DNA from: Bacteroidota bacterium
Lineage (GTDB): Bacteria > Bacteroidota > Bacteroidia > Bacteroidales > Bacteroidaceae
Direction: 5' to 3'
Assembly: GCA_023426145.1 (NCBI GenBank)
Contig: JAFABG010000006.1
Coordinates: 48,535-112,534 of the forward strand
DNA length: 64,000 nt
Part shown: piece by piece, positions 1 to 10,223 of the stretch
Layout: each line of letters begins with the position of its first letter
How positions within the stretch are numbered: the first letter of the stretch is position 1
Notes under the pieces: model-generated
Told to the model about the DNA's origin: nothing
Databases searched by the model: none
Seen by the model: only the letters and a program-made list of their open reading frames with translations
Made by a program: the position numbers and the translations under genes

Positions 1-1
1 A

Positions 2-1504
2 ACCTTTTCAAGAGCAGCAGCCACTGAATTTAAACAGAGACTTATAGATTTGATAGGTAATGCTGCCCACTTTGTTGAGATAAAAACATTTCATTCTTAT
101 TGCTTTGATCTCCTAGGGCGTATTGGAAATCTTGAAGATGCGAAGAAGGTTGTTGCAAAAGCAGCCGAAATGATTAATCAGGGAGAAGTAGAACCAAACA
201 AAATTGGTAAGATGGTTTTGGTTATAGATGAAGCTCAGGATATGGGTATTGAAGAATATTCACTGGTGAAAGCTCTTATGAGTAATAATGAGGAAATGCG
301 TGTGATAGCGGTAGGAGATGATGATCAAAATATATATGAATTTCGTGGCTCTGATTCTGGATATATGTACAAATTGACTCAGGAACCTGGGAGTAAGTTT
401 ATAGAGATGACTGAGAATTATCGTAGCGCTCATCATATTGTAAACTTTGCGAATGAATTTGCAAAAGATATTAGCAAGAGAATGAAAAGCACACCAATTA
501 ATTCAATGAGAAAAGAAAATGGTTGGGTTGGGGTGACAGTTCATCAATCAAAGTATATGTATCAGCCGCTTGTTGAGGAATTGATTCTTCATATAGGGGA
601 AGGAACTTCGTGTGTACTAACTCAAACAAACGAAGAGGCTGTTATTTTAATGGCTCTTTTGCGTGGATATGGCATAAATTGTAAGTTGATACAGTCTATG
701 GACGGTTTTCTTTTTTGGAACATGGCTGAAATGAGATATTTTCTCAGATATATTGATAAAAGAATAAAAACAGCTTTGATTCCTGATGAATTATGGAATG
801 ATGCGAAATATGCGATCTTTTCTACTTATGATAGAAGTCAATCTTTGAGCTATGTTAAGCGTTGTTTAGAATTGTTTGAACAAACGAATAAATCAAAATA
901 CCTTAGCGATTTTAAAGAGTTTGTTTTTGAGTCATCTATAGAAGATTTTTGTGATATTTCAGGGGCAGATGTTGTGGTATCTACCATTCATAAGGCCAAG
1001 GGTAGAGAATTTGATAACGTGTACATGCTCATATCTGATAATTATTCAAAAGATGATTATTTAATGCGTCGATACTATGTAGGAATGACTCGTGCAAAAA
1101 AGAGGCTATCTATTCATACGAATGGGGATTGTTTTGATCACTTGCATGTAGATCAATATACTATTGATCAAAGTGAAAATATGATGCCAAAGGAAATTGT
1201 GTTGCAACTTTCTTATAAAGACGTTTATTTAGGGTTCTTTAAAGAACTTAAACGAGAAGTGTTATCATTAAGAGGGGGAGATTCTTTGATCTACAATAAT
1301 TCAGTTTTATATGATAGATCGATTAATAAACCAGTAGCTAAGTTGTCATTAAATATGCAGAATACATTATCGGGGTGGCTAGAAAGAGGATACGAAGTGA
1401 AATCTGCTTCTGTAAGGTTTGTTGTAGCATGGAAGCCTAAGGATGCACCAAAAGATGAAGAGGAAATAGCCGTATTATTAGCTGACTTAGTTCTTTCATT
1501 ATGA
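2..1504 (+). CDS. UvrD/SF1-type helicase C-terminal portion (5'-truncated by window; probably a large RecQ/UvrD-type helicase)
   Basis: Frame is open from base 2 (TFSRAAATEFKQRL, UvrD motif Ia-like). Also VIDEAQD (Walker B), VGDDDQNIY, ENYRS, STIHKAKGREFD and YVGMTRAK. Confidence 0.85.
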   Translation, partial: TFSRAAATEFKQRLIDLIGNAAHFVEIKTFHSYCFDLLGRIGNLEDAKKVVAKAAEMINQGEVEPNKIGKMVLVIDEAQDMGIEEYSLVKALMSNNEEMRVIAVGDDDQNIYEFRGSDSGYMYKLTQEPGSKFIEMTENYRSAHHIVNFANEFAKDISKRMKSTPINSMRKENGWVGVTVHQSKYMYQPLVEELILHIGEGTSCVLTQTNEEAVILMALLRGYGINCKLIQSMDGFLFWNMAEMRYFLRYIDKRIKTALIPDELWNDAKYAIFSTYDRSQSLSYVKRCLELFEQTNKSKYLSDFKEFVFESSIEDFCDISGADVVVSTIHKAKGREFDNVYMLISDNYSKDDYLMRRYYVGMTRAKKRLSIHTNGDCFDHLHVDQYTIDQSENMMPKEIVLQLSYKDVYLGFFKELKREVLSLRGGDSLIYNNSVLYDRSINKPVAKLSLNMQNTLSGWLERGYEVKSASVRFVVAWKPKDAPKDEEEIAVLLADLVLSL

Positions 1505-1531
1505 ATCAAATATACTATATTTATTTATGTA

Positions 1532-1635
1532 GATAGTACGTCAAAAGACTGATTTTACATTTCATAAATAACAAAAACTATAATCTTGATTAAGGGATAT
1601 AAAGTGGATTAATCTCGAATAAATAGTATAAAAAT
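1532..1635. repeat. ~104-bp direct repeat, copy 1 (copy 2 at 12850-12954)
   Basis: gatagtacgtcaaaagactgatttta...ttgattaagggatataaagtggatta...aataaatagtataaaaat aligns end to end with 12850-12954, with scattered mismatches. Confidence 0.9.
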
Positions 1636-1653
1636 TATTGCTGTCCGATAAAA
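1636..1653. mobile_element. Orphan IS-type terminal inverted repeat TATTGCTGTCCGATAAAA
   Basis: Exact reverse complement of 3490-3507 (TTTTATCGGACAGCAATA) and one mismatch from 3363-3380. Confidence 0.6.
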
Positions 1654-2113
1654 TAGCGTTTCGGATTCGTAATTGAATTAATTCCCTATCTCAGAGCTTT
1701 TGGCATGAGCAGGTATGTTATCATGGCCTTCTAAATAGAATTCTCTTTCTTTTATTAATTTAGTGAGGATAGCTTCCACGTGAATAGAAGCATTGAACTG
1801 ATAAAGCCCAAGGATGATGGCTGTCGTGGCATTGATGTACATAGAATAGTAAAAATATGGGAAATATATATTCCAATCTTTCCCATCTTTTTTTCAATCA
1901 TTGGAAAGATTTATTTAATCTTTCCAATGATTTTTTAGCTCCTAATTATTGCACTTTATCATTTTCGGCAGAGGTTATTTCGGGCGTTCTCCACTGATGA
2001 AAATCTATCAAGCCCTATCGAAATAAACGCTGCAAATTCAACGAATAATCGTCCTAAGGCCACTGAATAATCGTTGTAAAAACACTACAAAATCATCGAA
2101 CCTCCTCACCCCC

Positions 2114-2832
2114 AAAGTGACAAAAGTGACAAAAGTGCATATAGTCACTCTCTATTTCACCTTTTCATGTCGTTTATGAATTACTTTGTTGATTTATAGT
2201 TGATTAAGTCTCTTCGGTAAACTGTGTACCCTTCGTGTGTTGAAATTGTATAATGCGCGAGTGAGAATCTTTTTTTTGGTCATGAATATGCTGGGAAGGT
2301 CTTCTATATACTGCCGAATTGCATCGGAATTATTCAGTGGTCGCCTGTTCGGAGTAGGCAGTGAAGCCAACACTAATTTACTATGCTCGTAGGAATAAAG
2401 CAGTAAGTGAAAAGTCTATTCAACGTTTTTATTTGTACAGTAAATTTTAGTTTATATTACTTTGGACTCTTGTTGATTAATACATAAAATATCATACAGA
2501 TTAGTATTGATAAAAGAAACATAGCTCTTGTTTTAGACTTTCAGGTGACCGTTAGTATCTAATATAATCTAATCGTGTAACTCTCCCAGTAAGCAACGTC
2601 CTGTTTAGTCTGAACTCAGGGAAATGAGGTTCGAGAGGAAAGACACATCTATTTCTCGCTTGTTGGTCTCATTAAGCACTAAATTGTTAAAAAAAATAAT
2701 TGAATGGGTGTACACACTTCCATAAAAAGTAGGGGCTTCTTTTCGATATCCTTTGCCTTCTTAATAAGTCTCTTCGATATCGTTGATAAAATCCGCAGTA
2801 CTATATGGCACTTTTGTCACTATTGTCACTTT
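2114..2832. repeat. 32/33-bp inverted repeat pair (2114-2145 and 2800-2832) built from AAAGTGAC units
   Basis: AAAGTGACAAAAGTGACAAAAGTGCATATAGT versus the reverse complement of 2800-2832, AAAGTGACAATAGTGACAAAAGTGCCATATAGT (1 mismatch, 1 indel). Confidence 0.8.
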
Positions 2833-3362
2833 CACCTTTCGGGGACTGCTGTCTGCTGGCTGAGGATGGGGTAGTAGGAGAAGGTTAACTATTTGATAAA
2901 CAGATGGTATGGCCTGTTCGATCACCTTTTGAGGAAAGCTAGAGAAGCTAAACCGTTTCTCCGCTTCGCGTAAACCGTATTTTGGTCAAAGCCTCTTTTA
3001 TCCGCTTCGCAGCCTAGCTTGAAAAGGTTGCTGTGGCGTTATCTTTCTATCAGTGGATAGAAATATCTGTAAAATTTTACGAATGCTTGTCTCTCTTCTT
3101 GCAAGTAATTCACCTAGGGTAGCGGGGCTGGCTTTTCTTTCTCTTCCTGAATGATGCCAGTGAAGTAAGTTGTTGTCAACCGCTAGCTGCTGAACCTCGG
3201 GAAGAACAAAAGGCTTGTAGAGGGTTGCGATGTATCCGTTGGGTGAATAAGTAAGATATCAAAATCTGCCTACGTCGGTGCTCGAAATTGGAAAAATAGG
3301 CATCGTTCATTTCTTTTAAATCCTTCCATACAAGATATCTACATGAATTACGTATTTGATAT

Positions 3363-3507
3363 TATTGCTGTCCGCTAAAATGTGTACTTTTACCCATGGT
3401 TATTTATTTTTGTCTGGCAACAGCTAAATAACCACAAAGGGCTGACTCCTGAAAATGGAATCAGCCCTAATTTTATATGTAACTAAAAGTTTTATCGGAC
3501 AGCAATA
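3363..3507. mobile_element. 145-bp MITE-like non-autonomous element
   Basis: 18-bp terminal inverted repeats TATTGCTGTCCGCTAAAA / TTTTATCGGACAGCAATA, an internal hairpin AGGGCTGA...TCAGCCCT, and no ORF. Confidence 0.65.
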
Positions 3508-3730
3508 GTATAAATGACTTTTTAAGGGACGACTATGTATTTTGTTTGTTCTGCCTTTTTCAACATGGGCAAGAAGCTTAGTGATATTGTAAGTTTCTTA
3601 TCTCAGGTTTTTCCGCTTTACTTTCCTGCAGGAGAAAGTGTATTGGCTAAAAAGATGCCGGGATGGGAAAGAGTAAAAGAGAGGAGAGAGAAAGAAATAA
3701 AATCATTAGTTCCACATTGAAACCGTACCA

Positions 3731-4564
3731 CTAGCGTTTGGCAACTAATCTAATTTCCCCATTCAAAGCATCCTTTAGTATAGCCTTGATAAGCTCTTGA
3801 GCGTCAATAGATATATTCATAGTTTTGTTATTTTGTTCATACTCATATTTTATTGCTCTAATTTTCACTAAGCCACAATGGGTATCTATATAGGAATTCT
3901 CTAAAGAAAAAATATGGTCTTCATCTGGGCGTGACTGATTTTCTAAATTATCCAATGTATCTATAATTTCTCCTTTCGCATTACAGATGCTTCTGTCTTT
4001 AACTTGCAAAGGAATATAAATGGAATGAAGCCATTTCTCTTTTGGAGGAAAGTTTAGACAATCTAATCGTTCTCTATATGCTTGAAGATCTAAACCGTTT
4101 TCTTTTGCCCATATATCATCCACCTCAAAAAGACAATGTCTGACTGATACATTTATACAGGTTTTTACTTCTGCAACAATAGCTTCTCCTTGATTGGGTG
4201 TTCTCAATTCTTTTAAACTTATACCATAATGGCTGCCAATTTTTTTAGCCCCTTCTTGGTAACCAATCTTTGTAACCATAATTCCAGATACATTATCTAA
4301 ATCCGATAGCACACCATAAAAATCACGAACTTTACTAATTGCAATAGGCTTGTTATAATTTTTGCATTCAACAGCAACTTTATGTAATACTCCTGCTATT
4401 TCATACTCCCAATATACATCTATTTGATGTTTCTGTCCTGATTTACCAAGAATCTTTATATTATGTTTGACTTTTGTACTTTTTACGACATCAGCGTTCA
4501 CTAATTCTTGATAAATTTCTTGGGTAAATATCTCATATTCTATGTTAGCATTCATATTTCGCAT
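3731..4564 (-). CDS. Mrr-like (type IV) restriction endonuclease-domain protein
   Basis: HQIDVYW...VAVECKNY...VRDFYG...GIMVT matches an Mrr_cat PD-(D/E)xK pattern. Start moved to ATG 4564 (or 4555); the upstream extension in the track looks non-coding. Confidence 0.75.
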   Translation of the reverse strand: MRNMNANIEYEIFTQEIYQELVNADVVKSTKVKHNIKILGKSGQKHQIDVYWEYEIAGVLHKVAVECKNYNKPIAISKVRDFYGVLSDLDNVSGIMVTKIGYQEGAKKIGSHYGISLKELRTPNQGEAIVAEVKTCINVSVRHCLFEVDDIWAKENGLDLQAYRERLDCLNFPPKEKWLHSIYIPLQVKDRSICNAKGEIIDTLDNLENQSRPDEDHIFSLENSYIDTHCGLVKIRAIKYEYEQNNKTMNISIDAQELIKAILKDALNGEIRLVAKR

Positions 4565-4844
4565 CAAATTAACTTCATAAATTAACCATATTACATATGT
4601 AAAGATACGATTTTTCTTTTTATAGACGCACTTTACGAGTAAATATCTTTTAGTAGATCCATTGGATAACATGAAATAAGTTGTATAAATTGTAGATATT
4701 TCTAATACACTTTTTAAGTCAAGAGACAACCACAGTCAACTACAGACAACCATATAATTGAAATATACAACAATATAAAGTCGTTTTTTATCATCATATA
4801 ATCATATGAACACAATTATAAGATGATAATACGAAAAGAATGAT

Positions 4845-4852
4845 TACCTTTG
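4845..4852 (+). promoter_or_regulatory. Bacteroides -7 promoter box TACCTTTG for the HTH-methylase operon
   Basis: TAnnTTTG located 27 nt before ATG 4879. Confidence 0.6.
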
Positions 4853-4878
4853 CATTCAAAAAACATATCATAGAACGT

Positions 4879-5091
4879 ATGAGTAAAGACATAAATCGTT
4901 TGAAGGTGGTTTTAGCAGAAAAGAAACGCACCAATAAATGGTTAGCAGAACAGTTGGGAAAAGACCCGGGAACTGTTTCAAAATGGTGTACAAATACCAT
5001 GCAACCGAACTTGGAGACTTTAGTGGAAATCGCAAAAGTCCTTGAAGTGGATACGAAGGATTTATTGTGGTCAATAAAAGATAATAAGTAA
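4879..5091 (+). CDS. XRE/Cro-like HTH regulator (possible R-M controller)
   Basis: NRLKVVLAEK...NKWLAEQLGKDPGTVSKWCTN..QP.LETL is an HTH_3 signature. The start MSKDIN lies downstream of the promoter box. Confidence 0.85.
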   Translation: MSKDINRLKVVLAEKKRTNKWLAEQLGKDPGTVSKWCTNTMQPNLETLVEIAKVLEVDTKDLLWSIKDNK

Positions 5092-5106
5092 AGAGAACAG
5101 ATATCA

Positions 5107-6138
5107 ATGAGGAAAAAATATAAAGGAATAGATTTGTTTTGTGGCATAGGCGGTTTTCGGCTTGCCATGAACAGTAGTCAGGTAGAGTGTGTATTCTCAT
5201 CTGATAATGATAAGTTCGCCCAACAAACCTATGAAGCCAATTTTCATGAAGTACCAACAGGAGACATAAAGGCTGTTAATGAAAAAGACATTCCGAATTT
5301 TGACATCTTAACAGCGGGATTCCCATGTCAACCATTTAGTTATGCAGGAGAAAAACAAGGTTTTAATGATGAGGTAAGAGGTACTCTGTTCTTTGATATA
5401 TGTCGAATTTTAGAATACCATAAACCACCAATGGTCTTTCTTGAAAACGTAAAAGGTTTGAAATCTCACGATAATGGCAAAACACTCCAGACTGTTTTGG
5501 ATACTCTAAAGAAGCTTGGTTATTACCCACATTGGACTATTTTGTCTTCTTTAGATTATGGTCTTCCTCAAAAACGAGAAAGATGGTATTGCGTAGCCTT
5601 TAGAACCGAAGTCGATTTTGAATGGCCTAAGCCTGTAAAAGGGCATCCCGTATTGCGTGACATTATAGACATGAATCATAGGAATCCATCTTTGGCTATT
5701 CCTAAATTTGAATTGGACAGAATAGATTATCATTTTGCAAATGCCAAGCCTGGTGATAGAATCCAACATGACAATTCAAAATATAAGCCAAATACGAAGA
5801 AAGGAAAATATGGCGTTTTTTCTTTTCAAAAGGCAGACGGTTCTTTGCGATTTCATGTTGGTGATCCAGCTAAAACACAAATTCAGGAAGCATTCTATTC
5901 CTGTCTTGACACATATGCTTCTACAATTATAGCTAATAGGACACCAAAACTATGGGATATCCGCAGAAAGTTGTCTGTACTTGAATCAAAAAGACTTCAA
6001 GGCTTCCCTGATGACTTTGTGTTCCCTGTGTCCGATGCACAAGCATACAAACAGTTAGGAAACTCTGTTAGTGTGCCAATTATCGTAACGATAATGAATA
6101 ATATGATTAAAACTTACGAAAAAACTCTTGAAAAATGA
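5107..6138 (+). CDS. DNA (cytosine-5)-methyltransferase
   Basis: Motifs DLFCGIGG (I), GFPCQPFS (IV), ENVKG (VI), QKRER (VIII), RLQGF (IX) and YKQLGNSV (X). Confidence 0.95.
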   Translation: MRKKYKGIDLFCGIGGFRLAMNSSQVECVFSSDNDKFAQQTYEANFHEVPTGDIKAVNEKDIPNFDILTAGFPCQPFSYAGEKQGFNDEVRGTLFFDICRILEYHKPPMVFLENVKGLKSHDNGKTLQTVLDTLKKLGYYPHWTILSSLDYGLPQKRERWYCVAFRTEVDFEWPKPVKGHPVLRDIIDMNHRNPSLAIPKFELDRIDYHFANAKPGDRIQHDNSKYKPNTKKGKYGVFSFQKADGSLRFHVGDPAKTQIQEAFYSCLDTYASTIIANRTPKLWDIRRKLSVLESKRLQGFPDDFVFPVSDAQAYKQLGNSVSVPIIVTIMNNMIKTYEKTLEK

Positions 6139-7964
6139 AATTCATAAGTGTAAAATCTGTAGTCGAGGCCTACAAAGGCTTTCAAGATTGTATGACCAAT
6201 AAGTCTTGGGGGTATTTGGCTCTATTGAAAGGATGCAAGAGCAGTATTTGCCCCTCCGTACCTTATGAGGTTAATCTTGACGAAGTATCAAGTTTTCTTG
6301 AAAACATCTTCAATCTGAGTCAAGCAAAAAAACGATACAGTAGTGGACGTGTATTGTACGTTGTATTCTCAAATAAATGGGATAAATATTTTAATGATCA
6401 AGGAAGACACACCCCCAATATCTATGATGTAGCAATTTGGGCATATAGGAGAAATTCTTTTGAAGACAATATGACAAAGGAAGAAATTCTCCAAAAGTTT
6501 GCAGAAGAGTTCAACATCCCATTAAACATTATTTCAAACAGTTTCAACACTCATTCTAAAGAAATTGAGTTTACAGACTCTTTATATTCTGAAACTGTAC
6601 TCAAAGCAGAATTGAATGCTATTGGCGTCGATGTGTCCAAAGAAAATATTGATGCAAAGAAAGGAAGTGTTGTAGCAGCTCCTGGCGAAATAAGCCGTGG
6701 TCCTTTTGTTCAAACATTATATGCAGGATTAGAGATTACAGATTATGTTATTATTTTACAATCAGACTACCTGTCTCTTTATGGTAATGCCATAAAATCT
6801 ATTAATAGCATAGATCATACTAGCCAAAACAAATATTCTAATTACCGCTCCTACATTACCGCCATCAAGACTAAACCCTTCCTTTTGCTTGCCGGTATAT
6901 CCGGTACGGGCAAAAGCCGTATTGTCCGTGAATTGGCCCGTGCGTGTTGGGACGAAGATTCCACTGAATATAAAGCTCAGAAACCTAAGACTTTTGAGAT
7001 GATTCAGGTAAAACCCAATTGGCATGATTCTACAGAACTGATAGGATATGTGAGTCGTGTTAGCGGAAAACCCATATATGTGATTGGCGATTTCTTAAGA
7101 TTTATCACAAAGGCTTGGGAAAACTTGGATGTACCTCATTTCCTTTGTCTGGATGAAATGAACCTTGCTCCGGTAGAACAATATTTTGCGGAATTCCTTA
7201 GTGTGATAGAATCTCGTAAAAGCAATGAAGACGGTACGATTACTACAGACCCTATCCTGAAAAAAAGCACAGAAGATTGGTATCGAGTATTGACGGCCGA
7301 ACTGACAGGAAACAATGAAGCATTAAGAAACCGCTTTTTGGAAGAAGGTATCACCATTCCACAGAACCTAATCGTAGTGGGCACGGTAAATATGGATGAA
7401 ACGACTTTCTCATTCTCCCGTAAGGTACTTGACCGTGCCATGACCATAGAAATGAATGAAGTGGATTTGTATGCCGGATTGGACAATAAATATGAACGCA
7501 TTGGTAAACTGAATAGCGATATGCTTATCGGTATAGCCGTAGAAGGTGTGGATGTATATGTCGACAACGAGGATGTTTGCAATAAGGTATTGGCTTATTT
7601 GCAAGCAGTGAATGACGTTCTTAATGGCACTCCGTTCAAGGTTGCCTACCGCACGCGGAACGAATTCCTGCTTTATGTGGTAAACAATTTACCTTACAAT
7701 ATGGATGAAAACGGAAATGAGTTCAGTGAGGATGAGGTCATAGCAATCGCATTGGATGAGATAACAAGCATGAAAATCTTGTCGCGAATAGAAGGTGATG
7801 ATACAAAAGTCAAGCATTCACTTCTTGAAAGGCTGATTACTACTATCGAAGCGCAGTTGTTAGCATTGACCGGAGAAGATAAGAAAATAGAATCTGTTTC
7901 CATAGCCAAGCTGAAAGAGATGCAAGAACGGTTGTCATCCGGCTATACAAGTTTCTGGAGTTAA
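6135..7964 (+). CDS. McrB-like AAA+ NTPase with unassigned N-terminal domain
   Basis: GISGTGKS Walker A, LDEMN Walker B, GTVNMDE McrB-type signature and LDRA. ATGA overlap with the methylase stop. Confidence 0.85.
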   Translation: MKFISVKSVVEAYKGFQDCMTNKSWGYLALLKGCKSSICPSVPYEVNLDEVSSFLENIFNLSQAKKRYSSGRVLYVVFSNKWDKYFNDQGRHTPNIYDVAIWAYRRNSFEDNMTKEEILQKFAEEFNIPLNIISNSFNTHSKEIEFTDSLYSETVLKAELNAIGVDVSKENIDAKKGSVVAAPGEISRGPFVQTLYAGLEITDYVIILQSDYLSLYGNAIKSINSIDHTSQNKYSNYRSYITAIKTKPFLLLAGISGTGKSRIVRELARACWDEDSTEYKAQKPKTFEMIQVKPNWHDSTELIGYVSRVSGKPIYVIGDFLRFITKAWENLDVPHFLCLDEMNLAPVEQYFAEFLSVIESRKSNEDGTITTDPILKKSTEDWYRVLTAELTGNNEALRNRFLEEGITIPQNLIVVGTVNMDETTFSFSRKVLDRAMTIEMNEVDLYAGLDNKYERIGKLNSDMLIGIAVEGVDVYVDNEDVCNKVLAYLQAVNDVLNGTPFKVAYRTRNEFLLYVVNNLPYNMDENGNEFSEDEVIAIALDEITSMKILSRIEGDDTKVKHSLLERLITTIEAQLLALTGEDKKIESVSIAKLKEMQERLSSGYTSFWS

Positions 7965-7990
7965 AAACAATCAGATATTCGCAAAGGACG

Positions 7991-10189
7991 ATGGAACTGC
8001 TTACCATAAAGCATCAGGATTTTGAAATGATTGTCGAATGTGCAAAATTCGATGACATTTGGCATAAAGCCAAGAGTAATATTGGAGAAGAATGCTTACA
8101 CTCCACTTATTCTTGGTCAGAAGGCGTATCATCTGTTATCCTGAGCAACTATATCGGAGAAGAAATTACGATTGAAAACAGCCAACAAGCTCCCGCCATA
8201 TTTTTCGACAACACCGATTATCCTATTTGGGTGGAATTCAAGGACTATGTGAAAAAGGCTCAGTTTGGTTCTATTCTCCAGAGTGAAAATGAAAAATTCA
8301 CTTTTCGCAGACAGATATTGGCAGGTTTCTTGAATTATGGTAATGAAGTCGGACGCAGTGAAATACAACTCATATACCAAGTGGGAGCAGAAACCCGCAG
8401 TTTTGTCTTCTCTTTTGAGGTGTTGAGTACAAAGCTCAACTATCACGAGCATTGGAAAGCCATTATAGAGGATATTGAACAAGAGTACAGAATGCTTTCG
8501 CTCGACTATATGCGAAGAACCTTTCATGGCTTTTCGCCCGATGCAAGCGGAGAGACCCCGGAAATAATCTGGTGGAGCGTATTTGCCAATGAGCAAAAGA
8601 AATTCATCAAGGCCTGCAAAAACATTATTGACCGCCCAAGACATCGGTTACACGGAAAAGAGACTTACAAACGTGCCGATAAGCTGACATTTGTTCCCTC
8701 TTGCATAGAAAATGAGTTGGCGGAACACAGACAGGACAACTCTCATTTATATCGTGTAGAAGAGCGTGTATGGACAAACGACACGCAGGAAAACAGGTTC
8801 TTGAAATTCGCTCTTGGACAGATTGCGGATAAATACGCAGTCTTGAAGAAGCGCATAGAAGCGGTAAAGAATACTTCGGATGTGATGAAGGATGACATGC
8901 AAGTCACATTGGCTACATTGAAACACTTGCAGCGAAATCCCTTCTTCCGTACCGTAGGAAGTTACAAGGGAATGAATCAGGAAAGTTTGGTTCTGCAAAA
9001 AGCTACTGGATACAGTCAGGTATATCGCACGTGGAGCCTGCTTCACCGCTCATATTCTCTGAATGATGGTATATACCGTTTACAGACCAAAGATATCGCA
9101 ACATTGTATGAAATATGGTGTTTCATAGAAGTAAGCCATATAGTGAAGGAGAAACTTCATTTGTCTGATGAAGACATAGACCATAAGAACCGTATGGAAA
9201 TGAACGGTCTGTTTACATGGGACTTGGGTAAAGGAGAGCATTCACGCATCCTTTTTAAGAAAGACAATGTGGAACTGGTAGAATTAGTCTATAATCCAAA
9301 GAACACAGACAAGGGGAATAGCGACATTGGAATGAAAGATCTTGTGGTACGCACCGTACCACAAAAGCCGGACATAGTCCTGCAACTGACTAAGAACGAT
9401 TTGCAAGAAGGAATGAAAATAACTTATCTGTTTGATGCGAAATATCGTATTGATGGAAAGGACAAAAATTGTGTGGATGTTCCACCGGAAGATGCTATCA
9501 ACCAGATGCACAGATACCGAGATGCCATCTATTACAAAGATTATCAGTCGGATGCCTTGAAGAAGGAAGTAATTGGTGGCTACATCCTGTTTCCCGGTGA
9601 TGGCGAGCCGGCTGCAGTGGCAGAATCCAAGTTTCGCAAGACTATAGACGAAGTAAACATCGGAGCTTTCCCACTTCGTCCTAAAGACCAACATAATCGC
9701 CTGCTATTGGAGCAGTTCGTTGAACAACTTATCACCACAAAATCACAAGAAACAATCTCTAAAGTGATACCGCAAAAGGGAACATTCGTAGAAGTAGGAA
9801 ACCGTGTACTCATCGGGCTGGTGACCAACAGTAGCCGAAAAGGCTATCCACAAAGTTTCAAGGATGGTAATGCAACCCTATACTACACAGGTAGCCATTT
9901 CCCAACGACTATCGCCCTGCAAGACCTGCATTACTTCATGCCTTATCTCAAAGGAGAAGGAATTCGTGATGTCTATGAAATTGTCCGTATAAGGACTATA
10001 ACAGGGAAGGAGGCAAAACAAACTGAAGGTGAAGATGCTGTAAATGATATGCGTTTAGCATTTGAATTGCGCTTCAATCGTAAGTTGTTTGAGGATTATC
10101 AACAGATAGATATTCATAAAATGATTAATTATACTTTTATTGATACCTTATTTGAAAAAATAGATGAGTGGGTGAAAAATAGGACTTGA
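7991..10189 (+). CDS. McrC-like nuclease (DUF2357 + PD-(D/E)XK)
   Basis: DTQENRFLKF, LYEIWCF, KPDIVL, FDAKYR and MHRYRDAI motifs; directly follows the McrB-like gene. Confidence 0.85.
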   Translation: MELLTIKHQDFEMIVECAKFDDIWHKAKSNIGEECLHSTYSWSEGVSSVILSNYIGEEITIENSQQAPAIFFDNTDYPIWVEFKDYVKKAQFGSILQSENEKFTFRRQILAGFLNYGNEVGRSEIQLIYQVGAETRSFVFSFEVLSTKLNYHEHWKAIIEDIEQEYRMLSLDYMRRTFHGFSPDASGETPEIIWWSVFANEQKKFIKACKNIIDRPRHRLHGKETYKRADKLTFVPSCIENELAEHRQDNSHLYRVEERVWTNDTQENRFLKFALGQIADKYAVLKKRIEAVKNTSDVMKDDMQVTLATLKHLQRNPFFRTVGSYKGMNQESLVLQKATGYSQVYRTWSLLHRSYSLNDGIYRLQTKDIATLYEIWCFIEVSHIVKEKLHLSDEDIDHKNRMEMNGLFTWDLGKGEHSRILFKKDNVELVELVYNPKNTDKGNSDIGMKDLVVRTVPQKPDIVLQLTKNDLQEGMKITYLFDAKYRIDGKDKNCVDVPPEDAINQMHRYRDAIYYKDYQSDALKKEVIGGYILFPGDGEPAAVAESKFRKTIDEVNIGAFPLRPKDQHNRLLLEQFVEQLITTKSQETISKVIPQKGTFVEVGNRVLIGLVTNSSRKGYPQSFKDGNATLYYTGSHFPTTIALQDLHYFMPYLKGEGIRDVYEIVRIRTITGKEAKQTEGEDAVNDMRLAFELRFNRKLFEDYQQIDIHKMINYTFIDTLFEKIDEWVKNRT

Positions 10190-10223
10190 TTATAGTGTTA
10201 ATTATTCAATCATTAGTAAGCAG

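Noticed and set aside
1678..1842. 54-codon minus-strand ORF (MYINATTAIILG...)
   Set aside because: No recognisable motif or promoter; lies in decayed mobile DNA, so it cannot be supported as a gene.
1896..1932. Hairpin AATCATTGGAAAGAT...ATCTTTCCAATGATT
   Set aside because: A real inverted repeat, but isolated with no linked gene or second copy in the window; no function can be supported.
3535..3720. 61-aa ORF from the track
   Set aside because: No family motif, low-complexity purine-rich end, and no clear initiation context.
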